Positions 50,263-61,633 of a DNA stretch of 64,000 nt are shown in pieces. The stretch is from Marsupella aquatica. Its lineage: Eukaryota; Plantae; Marchantiophyta. Each line of letters begins with the position of its first letter. The first letter of the stretch is position 1. Location of the stretch: NCBI GenBank assembly GCA_973895155.1, contig OZ316891.1:22897884-22961883 (forward strand), given 5' to 3'. The notes below the pieces were generated by a model. That model saw only the letters and a program-made list of their open reading frames with translations. It was not told the origin of the DNA and did no database searches. Made by a program: the position numbers and the translations under genes.

Positions 50263-52341
50263 ATGCCCGTGCCTTGCATGATTGCATGGTGACGGTGAAG
50301 CATAGGTATCATTACTTGTGCATTGCATGATTGTGATGGTGAAGCATAGATATCATTACTAGCCCAATGCACATGTGTTGTACAATTGCAAAGAGAGGAG
50401 GCATGGATTGTCAGGCATAGAAGGCCAGATCAAGGCACAGAGGTATGGAGTGTACACAAGGAGGTGTTTTTGGCCAATCAACAGTGATGGAAAACAGGAT
50501 TTCAATGAACAGCCGTGATATCTGCCTGGCCCTGATGACAAGACCTAAGAAAACAGGAAAAAATAAGGCAAAATTGGAAGTTGTAGGGTCTACATAGATT
50601 GTTGGAACATTTCCTGTTAAATTCTTGAACTCCTTGTTTTTAATTTCCTTCTCAAAGATAGTAAAAAGGAATCGGATCTTTTATTCTCCTATGCTTCTAG
50701 TGTTTCCAGTCTTCAACAATTCGGTTGCTCGAGTACTGTTTCAGCAGTTCAATTTTCCTTCCCAAGTTCGTATGTACCGGGTCTGTTTTTTTAAAAACCG
50801 ATGCATATCTCCAGAAGGTTCCTTGTATACTCTCTGTTTCGGGATTTTAGGTGGCAAGTACATTTGGCAGCATCACTTTGGGGTTGACATCCGTAAGTAA
50901 GAGAAGGCTGCGCAATCGTTACATGCAAGCTGCTTGTTCAAACATTTCTAACTACAGTAACAAAGATGTCTTTCGAGGGCATTCCTTCTTTGAGCCTACA
51001 TTCATTCTGTCTCGCTATGCATCTGAAACCAACCTTCTCGGACTCCGAAGAGTACTTGAGTAGGTGGTGGTCGCCTTTGTTGCTCATGGTCAAAAAGCTG
51101 CTTGTATATATGTGTCCCCATTGCATTGTATATATGTTTCCCCAATGCTTTCGATCTGCTGGCCCAGAAGCTGAAGTCTCAATCGCTCCATCCCAAGTGA
51201 AAGTCTCACTTGTATGTGAAGCCCAATAGGTTCTGTGGGTGAAGTTCACCACACTTGAAAAATAAGACAAGTCAATAGGTCAGCTCATACTCTGCGAAAG
51301 AGCTCCTGGATAGGTAAATAACGTCCATTGTCAAAGATTGTGCAGCACATACACAAAGAAGGGCTACAGTTTAGCAAGAAAAACGAAGCGACATCGACGA
51401 GAACGACTCGTTCCATCCAATGAAAGAAAAGACAAGATATTGCAACGATTTCACTGGTCTGCAAGAACCATCCCAAATGTCCAGAATGGAGCAGTCCTCG
51501 ACAGGCAAGAACCTATTTCCCAAGTCCGCTCGTTGTGTGCTGCGAGGAGAAATTGCTGGCTTAAAATTCCTTGAAGAAATGCTACCGTTTGCCAACAACA
51601 GTCTGATCATGTTCTCCTCTGTACCCTATTCGTGCTGGAGCCATTGACGCAGAAACCAAGAAGGTAAAAGAACGAAGATTTCTGCAGATATTTTAGCTTC
51701 CATGAAAACTCTATTTCATATTCACAAGAGAAACTTGAATAGGGCTTCTAAAGTACCCAAAGAGTTGACTGCTTGACTTCAGAAACCGCAACGGTGCCCA
51801 ACATTGCAACCAAACGTCATCAAATTCGATCTTTTATTCGAAATAATATGGAAAAAAATCTTGTAGATCGCCTTGACTTTTCGGTGAACACTAATCTGTT
51901 GGACACATCTGGCCCTCGTATGCATGCAGATGAACTGCAATACCGAGACTACGCTCCGAATGACAACGCAACAATTTTGATATTTGTCAAAGACCGTCAA
52001 AGACTGGCCCTTAGCCATTTCCCCTCCCCCCTAGAGTAGGTTGTTCGGAGGTAACAAATCATTTCAATTCTGCAACTAAACTCATACCTAACTGAGTCGA
52101 GGGCCCAGTTTGAGACCCTGAGCAGGTGGTGCCCCCCAATTCTGAGAGCTCCCTTGAGACAGAAACAACACCCCTCTGGTGCAATTTGGCCTGCAAGTGA
52201 CAGAAGAAAGGTTAGAAACAGGAGAAAAGGGGTCAAAAGCAAAATATGACATCTAGATCCCTCCAAACAATTCGCGGAAATTCAGTCGGATGCAACAGCG
52301 AACTAGACTAATCATGACCACATATGACAACATAAGAAAGG

Positions 52342-55300
52342 CTAAAGAGAACGTACAAAGAAGGGTATCCGCCTTACCCCTGACGATATCCAGTTCACAG
52401 GCAACTTCAATTGTTGTTCTTTGTAAATATCCCTGTCCAGGTCTTCTACGCCAACAGGCATTTCCATGGTGTGCTCTAGGAGCACTTTCAGTACACCACG
52501 TTCTCTCTGCGGCTTTTCTCTGCTACTGCAGTCTTGCAAAGTCTCTCTGTTACAATTGGGCTCAGCCTCAAAGTTCTGACCTGTGAAGGTGAACAGCTGC
52601 GAACCAGAGACGTCAAAATAGCCTTCACCGCCTGCAACTCCTACATTGTGTAGTCTTACACAGTCAGAACATGTTCCACCATTTGATAAACGGGACACTG
52701 GTGACGTTCCTCCGCTTGACAACCGAGTCCTTGGCGACGTTGCTCCGCTCAATAAACGGGTCACTGGTGATTTTCCTCCATTTGATAAGCGACTCACTGG
52801 TGATGTTCCTCCGCTCGGTAAACGTGTCGCCGGTGATGTTCCTCCATTTGACAACCGGAACACTTGTGTTGTTCCTCCATTCGATAAAGAGGTCACTGGT
52901 GACGTTCCTCCACTTGATAGACGGATCACCGGTGATGTTCGTCCATTTGACAAGCGGGTCACTGGCGATGTTCTTCCATTCGATAAGCGTCCTGAAGTAG
53001 AATCTCTACTACTACTGCGGCTATGAATCGCACTACCAGTCCTACTTGTCTCCATTAGTGATATTTTGGAAATGCTCAGCTTTGCTGGTATCTTGTCACC
53101 TACCGAAGTCTCCCACGCAACAAGATCACCAATAGTAGGACCCAGCAAACTAGAATTGAGTGTAGCTGGATGCACCAGAGTTTGCACTGGTGTGCCATTG
53201 GATTCCACTAGACCATTCCCTTGCCTGGGAGAGTTGTTGTTAGAGCTTAGAGTAGAGCCTAGGAGACCCAGAACCGTTTGTCTAAGGTTCCTCTCTAGTT
53301 CATCAGAACATTCTTCACTCTTGCCCGGTTCCTGGTGAACAGAAGACACGTCATCTGAACTACCATTGCTTTCACAAGGGAACTCGTTCGAGACTCGAGT
53401 ACGAACCAAATTAAAAGTAACAATTTCATAAACATTCCTGTCTGCTTCATTAGACAAGTCCTGCTTGCATTGTCCCACTCGAGCGAATGTGATATCATCT
53501 GACCCACTATTCCCTTCACATGTGGACTCATTTGTTTGATTGACATTCCTTGCTGTTTCGATAGAAAACTCATACTTGCCATCTTTCTGCTGATCAGAAG
53601 GGATATCACACAACACACCACTGCCTACGCCAGGAAACTTGTTCGAGATGGCGGAAGAGCTTGAGTTACGAATAGCAGTTTCTGTAAGATTCCTGTCTAC
53701 CTTACCAGAAAAGTCAAGGTTGCATTTCTCCTGATCACCAGAAGATGTGTCATCGGAAGCACCAATTCCTGCACTAGGGGAATTATTGGAGGCTTCAGTA
53801 AAGCTTAATATACAAGGGGAACCTTCACTTAGGTTCCTGTCTGCTTGATCAGAAGAGTCGCGCTTGCTTTGTTCCAGCTGAGTCGAAGAGGTACCCTCAG
53901 CGAAGACCAATCGGGTAACTCCTGTGTCACTGTCTTCGTTGTTTACGCACTCCACTGCCACTTGAGCACTCCTCTCTTCTTCAACGCCATCCTTGTGTGG
54001 AGCACTTCCCACGCGTCCGGCCTGTTCAATTGCATGGCACCCATTTGAACCTTTGTTTACACCAACGATCAATCGCTCGGTATATTCAGCTACCTTCTGC
54101 CCTGATGTATCATCTCCGCTTGCAAGAAAGGAAGAAATTGTGGCTGGCAGCTGCGGCTCTCCCTGCCCTCCAAGATCTTGGAAAGAACAAGAAGTCACCA
54201 CTTGTAGTTCCATCCTTGAAGGGGGATCTTGTTGAATCAAAGGTGATCCAGGAAAGAACATGCTGGCCACAGCTACAGGAGTGGGTGGTTCCAGGTCGGG
54301 GAAAGGCGTTGATGCCCCAGTTCCCGAGGCTGGAGAAAGTAAATGAGCAAGTGGGCTGCCAGGATACAGCTGATACGCCACTTGAAGATCGTCCCTCTCA
54401 AATATATCTGGAGGTGCAAATGGTAATGCAGAGTAGGTGCGTGCCGGCTGTGACCTGGCTGCTTGTTTCGTCCCAAAGGAGTTGGCAAGCAGCTGGGCGA
54501 AGGGGACGTCCGGGGAAGAAGGTGTCGTCAGATGGGTATTAGCAAGTTCAGGGGGTGGAGTGAATGGAGCTGTTGAAGGGGCAGTGGTGAAATTCGAAAA
54601 GACTGGAGGGGAAACGAGAGCCGTCTCGTGCGCATAAGGGCCCATTTGGAACATCGTCTGAGCTCTTTCTAAGGGAATTTGTGAAGTCGCAGATGGAACG
54701 GACACAACTGGAAAGGAACACGGGGATTGCGCTGAAGATTGGACGGCGGAGTTTTGAAACGAAGCAGGTGAAGATGGAGGAGCTAGCAACGAAGGGGAGA
54801 GTGTTGCGTATTGATTTGCAGGGCCTGACTGCTGATCTCCTCCATTCGAAGCCCATGGACGGGGTGATGTATTACTGCCGTCGTGCATGCGTGACGCTGG
54901 AGCTATCCGCTTTCCTCTCTTCAGTGACCCTAGGCAGAGGAACCCTGTACAGCAACCACTACGTCCGACCTGCTCAAACGAGGCACAACATTCAACAGAC
55001 TCGTTAGTACTGTCACAATTTTAAACAATCCTCCCAATGGAAGCCAACGAACAACCACATTTTTGCGAGTCATGCCCCTAATTTAAAGATATCTACTCCA
55101 TTGCCACACAATTTGCAATAGACTTCCAAACAGAAGCTAGTAGAGAACCCCAGCCAAGCCGGTAAAGACTCTCAAGTTTAGACTGATTTCCTGCAATGCT
55201 GCACGATTTGCAATAAACTTTCCCAAAGGAAGCCATCAGTCTTCACGTTTCGACCAAACCTACCAGTGGTCACACGGGGAAGACTTGCATTGAGAAGACA

Positions 55301-56177
55301 CATCTAAAGATGTCAACAGGATGCCTATGTCATAATCGAGGGAATACGCACATGGTAGAAGCAAATGGATTGACTACACAAATACTAAAACAATAGCAAG
55401 TTTACAAATTGTAGTTGAGAACTGAAATCCTCGTGAAGCACATCCCTAAGAGCACACTCGGCTGTGTATGAGATATTCTTGTCCCAAAAGTGTCTGGATT
55501 ATATAGGGAAGACATGGTCAGGATGGAAGACATGCAGCTTGAACTGGGAAAACGGGGGCCACCCCGTCAATTAGTGGCAGCACCAGACGCAACTGACAAG
55601 GTCGAGAAAAGCAAATAACTCAACGCATGAAACCCATCACGGCATCGAGCACGTCGAACAATTCCCGACTCATCTTCTTGTCCATGGAATATCTGGGTTT
55701 ATAATGTCAAATCGGGTCCAGCCTGATGATGTGGTATGTCACCTACGGAAAGAGGCAATTGGCTCATGACATGACAGCTCGAGTAGCACCTGAAGAGGTC
55801 AAGCAAGAGAACATATCCAACAATGTGGCCACCGCAGATGACAACCTCACTCGCAGGGCAAATGTTGGGTAGATGTGCTGGTATCAGAGATCGTGCTTGG
55901 ATCCTGGGGAAAGGAAACAGAAGCTATCCGCTAAAGAGGTGACAGCTCAAGAGGCAATTGACTGGGTCGAGCAAACAAAGCATCTCTCGTACAAATGCAG
56001 CAATCACATCACAAGGGACACCCAGCCCTCAGAGCGACAATCTCACAAGTTCCAAGAGAAGGCAACAGGAAGGGGGACTACCGGGGGATCAGGAGACCGA
56101 TCACGGGGTGGAGGACGACTTTGCGCCTGCACATTGTGCATCAGTGAAGTGGAGTTACTGGCCATCACTCCTCTCAT
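52342..56177 (-). CDS. At1g76660-like Ser/Pro-rich uncharacterised protein (about 907 aa); exons 56177-56082 and 54969-52342
   Basis: SGCC.GF.C..S.KRGKRIAPASR, SLLAPPSSPASF, GPYAHET.LVSPPVFS.FTT.PSTAPFTPPPE, LTTPSSPDVPFAQLL, YQLYPGSP...L.SP.S, S.PFPD. The 32-codon first exon (GT at 56081, AG before 54969) is inferred. A possible further donor GTAAGG at about 52377 could alter the C-terminus. Confidence 0.88.
52670..53000 (-). repeat. 33-bp coding minisatellite, about 10 copies (RLSNGGTSPVT)
   Basis: Directly visible in both the DNA and the translation of the 848-aa ORF. Confidence 0.95.
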
Positions 56178-59100
56178 TTCACAGCATCTTCAGGTCACTG
56201 CGTTCCTTCCACCTCTCTACCCTTTCCTGCCCTTTCCTTCCACACCAAGATTTCCTCCCTCCTTCCTTTCAAACTAAGAGCACAACTACTGCAGCCTTAC
56301 TTTCTGCTGCACATTAAAGCTGCGTCCTCAACTCGTTCCCTTCCCCACACCCCACCCCCCAGCGCCCAGTCTAATCCAGTACACCGGGATGGTTGCGCAA
56401 TCGGCTGCTTAGCAACAGCTCGTTTTGTCGTCGGACATGAACGTTTCGCCAATCGTTCTTTTCTTCAAACCAATCGGCTTACTACGGCTCATCTGCAAGT
56501 CCGCCTTCCACCTTCACCTCCTTCTTCCCTCAAATGCCAGCAGACAGGGTAACTTCCGCACGTAAGCTACCTACTCTACAACACGATCACCTCCATGTCC
56601 TCCTCCGCTCTTCTTTCACTCTCTCATTGCCAGAAATACTAGTACCCAGCAATGACGTTGAGAAATCCCAAAGCATTATCTCCAACTTCCCTCTTCCGCT
56701 ACCTGCTACCTGAAGTTCTATTACTCGGAAACATTCTTGAAATGACCGTGTTCCTAGCAAGAGAGACCCATGCTCAAGCGCAAGTGAGACCTTCTTCGTC
56801 TTCTTCTCTTGCTTCTCCTTTTGCTTTTGCTGCTCCTGAACCCTTCTTCTTCCTCTTCTTCGCTTGTGCTGCTTTTGCTCCAAGCTCCTCCCCTCTCCTG
56901 CAGTATTTTCTCGTTTTCTTCTTCTGCTGCTGCTGTTCTGAAATGCCAGACGAGGACAAAAGAGGGACCTCTCTCTAGTCTGCGGAGACGAAACAAAAAA
57001 ACGACAACAGTTAGTGACACCACCACCTCCTCTGCTGCTGCGGGCTGATAGCAAATCACATCACCGCGGAGAAGGAAGGAGCGGACCGGCACCTTGTCGC
57101 TAGCTGCACAAATGTCACTGTACTCAATCTGGGTTCTGGTCACATGGCACGAGGACGAGAAAGCCAACGAGCCGGAACGACGAGCGTCAAACGAAACATC
57201 AAGGAGAGCTCCCTCCCGCACGAGGAGAGAATCGCATCCAGCCAACCCAGCCAGCAGCCCAACCCAACAGCCGTTCTGCCAGACCGGACAAGGGGAGGAA
57301 AAGGAGAATCTGGGTGCGGGAGATTGAGCGAGTGATGAATGAGCAAGAGAGACAGACTCACACAGACAGGAAGCAAGCAAGAAAGGAACCGTGCTACTCT
57401 GATGATGAAGAGCACGCACGGACTCGTTGAGCAATGTCAGAACAAAGCGGAGTTCTGTAGTAATAATGACAAGAACCGTATGATTTCTCCTTTCTGTCCG
57501 TAAAGAAAGAAAGAAAGAAAGAAAGAAAAACCTATGCCTCCGCTCCCATCCACCAGGCTGGAGGACTACTACTGGAGCAGCACCACCTAACAACAACAAA
57601 AGCTCTGAGAAGAGCGCTGAGTCTATCTCCACAGAGCCCTTTTCTAGCTGAGATCTAGGCTTCCTCGTTTACTTGCTGCTTGCCTGCGCTGATTTAATTA
57701 TCTTTGCTTCACTACTCCTACAGTACTTGCTCGGCTGGTCTACAGTGCAATCGATAGTACTGTAGGATCTATCACCATCCATTCATTCATTCACCAACAA
57801 CGAGAACCAATATCGGCAATGTAGATGCATTTTCCCCTATAACTCTCGAGCACAGTAGCTTCTAGCTGGTCAGGCAGATTTTCGAAGCTCTCACTGTAGA
57901 CTAGAAATGTGATGCGCACCGATGAAATGAACAGAACTACAGTAGAGAAGAAAACTTGGAGGAATAGGTCCTATAAACAAGTGGCGCAGTAGGCTCATGC
58001 CTCGATCTCTTACTGGTCCTTGTTTCATTTGGGTGGGCCAATCCAATGACACCATGGGAGAGGTTTGGGTCTAGTTTAGCTGTGGGCTTAGAGCCTTTTT
58101 CCATTCCAAACTTCAAACCCCCAGAAAGCTATCTTGGAATGGAAGCTTTGCCTTGGGATGGCTCCCAGATTGTTGAGTGCAGAGGAGGTAGCATCCAAGA
58201 CATTTTTAGGTGGAGATCCTTTCCCACGATCTCGAGAGGGTCCGGCTTTGGAGCCAGTGCACATTGAATAAACCTCTAATCTAGCACAAAACTCAAATGC
58301 CATTTTCACAACTAAATCTGCTAGCTTTGGTGGGATGCAAATAAAGCATCTCATCTGAGCTTCATAGAACTTTAGGTCCATCACATGAGCTCCTAAAGAA
58401 TCTCCCATGAAGGTTTTAGACTTTGATGGGATTTTATCACTTCTTAGTGATGGATCAAACATTCCATGAAGCTAGGATAAGATGCTTTCGTTGCATCAAA
58501 CAAACAATAGTAAGATCAATTGTAAATGTTTGACCTTTTGTGGTTGGCCCCACACCCTCGACCAAATTGAATATTATCTAACCTGCTTACTTAGAAGATC
58601 TCTCACCTCCTTCCAAGTGTCTTTTTCGCTTTTAGCAAATCAGCCCATACACAAGCCCATACCCTCTTACACCCCATAGCTGTGTAAAGCAAGCGTTGAA
58701 TTTTGCCCATCCCATCGACTCCATAAAAGTTTGAGCAGATCCAATGGGAGCTTAAGCCTCCCCAAAATCTTGGTTGTTCTCATAGCAAAGTCTATTCATT
58801 GGCACCAATTAGATATCAGTTACCAGCTTTCACAACTCAAATATATATTATCACACTGTCAAAGCACAGAAGCACCAAACCGGGAGAGGGTCCCAAAGGC
58901 AAGAGGCCCAATGAAGGAGCTATAGGGGAACGGGAACACCCCCATAAGACCAATAAGTCACAAAAATCATGTGAGTCTCCAATAACAACCAAAAGAACTA
59001 AAACCTTGGTCCAGAGTCCTGTCGAAACCCTGGTAAAGCCCTGGAGTAAATTAGAGAGGAGGGTCACAAAGAATTTATCTAGAGACCTTAAAACCAACAG

Positions 59101-59844
59101 TGTCAACTCTATTAATAGTAGTGAAAGCTTGAGCTCCCATTTGAGGAATTTTGGGTCTACTTTGATTGTAGCTATCGTTGCTAAGGAGAAGACTAGGTCT
59201 AGTTTTCATAGAAGACTCCTAGTTTCATATAGCACATACAGCAAAATAGGGCTTTTCACCCTTTTCTCTTACCAGCTACAAGTAGCAGATCGATAAAGCA
59301 TGTAGGCTAGTACCAGTAGCTCACAATGGAAAGAACTGTAAATTAAGTGCACAAATGGAAGTTTTATGGGGCTCAGCTCCTTTTGACTTGAAAAAACAAT
59401 AATGTAAGCGCTACTATTTGTGTACAGTTCTGAGTACCTTTAATGCAGGTGGGTGACAGTCAGCATTTAGTCGCACCACACGAGGTTCTTGAAGTGTATA
59501 AAATAACTCAGACCCAAATTCCCAGAGTCGTCCAGTCACATTAATCTATTGTTAGACATATGAGAATCTTTTTATTTAATCAAGAACGGAAGGAAATTAA
59601 TTCTTGTGATATTATTGGAGAGAGTTTCGTTGATGACTAACAATTGAGAAGTAAGAGGAGCAACTAAATGAAGTAAGACATTGAGGAAAAGTAAGAATTT
59701 AACTAACCACAAAAATCTATTGCTCCTCGCATGCCTTTTCCCCAACAATAAGACTGTTTTGGAAAGATATTTCTAATGAGCCTAACATTGTCAAATTTTG
59801 TCAAAGTAGCGGAACTCAACTACCCTACTACTTAGCTTTGGCGT

Positions 59845-61104
59845 TGTTAACTCCGATGCCAAGCTCCTCTATGGTCCAGGCCCCTTGAATGACCATCCGG
59901 TGGAGACTAAATATGAGGAGACTTGTGGGCAATGAAGCGTTGCACTAGCACAGACGATGCGCTAAGCTGGTGGCATACACCAAGAACTTAGACTGGCGTT
60001 GGGAGCTGGTCGGGTCATGGGAAGGGCCGAGCTCAAGGTAAATCGTTCTGACCCCTGATATGACTCTGAATTCTGAGGGCTTGAGTGAGAGCTCATCTTG
60101 GGCCCAAGACCAAAGAAGTTTACTTCATGCGGAATGGACACTTGACGCATGAGATATGGCACGGCTCAAGTGTAGCCGTCCGGGACCCCCGATTGACGAT
60201 GAGCCGTGAGGGCCCGGGCATGAGCACTGCGTCGGCCCAATCACAATAGGCTAAGGCATGAGGTCCGCATCAGCCCAATCACAAAAGGCTAAGGCACTTC
60301 ACCTTTGGACGTCTAACTATAAAGTTATAAGCATAATTAGCAAGTTAATTTTGTGCCTAGCCGGATTAGAGTCCAAGTTGACGGCCAAATATAGAGAACC
60401 AAACTTGGTCCGAGGGTCGAGCCGAGGGTGACAGGTCTCCATAAGCATATATGACAGGAGTGGTGTCTCCCAATGGGCTAGGGGTGAGCCAAGTCGTGAA
60501 ACACAGTGGTCGCGCTACTAATTGAGGGGAAACATATGCCAAACAAAAACAATGATAATTTCTCAACAGTTAGTCCATTGGAGGACTTCTTGGATGCGTC
60601 GGAAAGCTCTCAAGGAGGACTACATCCTCCTGAGCTCAGCTGGGTCTGGGGGTACCATTGGTCCTTGAGGTTTGCAGGGGCTATCTTGCCCATTTGCCAA
60701 TCCTGTCAAAACAACAGCCAAGTCACATAAAGTTTCTGTGGCACATTTCCCAATACCTCTAACCCCAAGAACCATCCGCCACCTGCTATAAACCCCTACT
60801 TATGGTTGGCTTATGGTGGTTTGGCTACCATTCGGCTTGGAAACGCGATCTACTCTCGATCCACACTATGCTGGACCGATTCTTTCACTGGGCTTGCAAA
60901 TTGTGCATTGCTGTGACACCTAATTCTCTATTGACTTAGTCGGGTATGTTTGTATTCTGCCCCCAGAATGTACCTCTATGGCTTAATCTCTTAAGCCGGC
61001 TGAAGGTTTTTCTCATACCGACTCAACCCACACTTTAACCAACAAAACACTCTCAATCCTCACTTTTCTCTCAGAGTTTGGTTTGGCAGTCTCCAATCAA
61101 GACA
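59845..61104 (+). mobile_element. Possible LTR-like sequence
   Basis: TG...CA candidate ends, GC-rich GGCCC-containing U3-like part, CTATAAA at about 60786, and a short internal duplication (GCCCAATCACAA.AGGCTAAGGCA x2). No partner LTR or TSD confirmed. Confidence 0.3.
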
Positions 61105-61633
61105 ATGCAATTGTGTAGCTTCAGAGTATTGCTCTAACTGACTTAAATCAATCAAGCGACAAGCATCACCACACACAACACCATGATTGCAAGAATCTGC
61201 GAACTAGGCAACAAAGCCAACTCAATTCAAACAATTGCACAGAAATGGAAATTTCTGGTTTACTGATAATCCGTGGTCTAGATTTAGCCGAGAGCTGTAT
61301 GCTAGCAATACTGACTTACACTAGAGTCTTGACTAAGAAAAAGCCCCCCGAGCCACGCTGCCCAGGTTTTTATCCTTGTAGCGCATTCAGGGGAAAAAGG
61401 CGGAAATCCTAACCACAACTCACGGCCTTCCACCGCGATAATCTAACTAAAAAACTATCACCTAAAAAACTTGACTAGCCCGGAACCCTGTGGGAACCGA
61501 GCATCTAATACTACCTAAGCCGACAGGGCGCTACTTGCCCTGTCCCATCCTACAACGGCCGCGCCCTTCTGGCCCAAGCCCTTCTCCTACCGCCACGTCC
61601 TCCTTCCAACCAATGACTGGCCCTCCTTAATTG

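Noticed and set aside
50600-52300. Short ORFs downstream of the At1g76660-like gene
   Set aside because: No recognisable motifs or consistent exon chain; probably 3' UTR or intergenic sequence.
52646-53026. Plus-strand ORF with VTGDVPPFDKR repeats; possible CRISPR-like array
   Set aside because: It is the antisense shadow of the 33-bp coding minisatellite, with no unique spacers and a eukaryotic context.
56587-57632. 155-aa and 292-aa low-complexity ORFs
   Set aside because: They arise from GAA/GCA microsatellite-rich leader sequence and have no family motifs.
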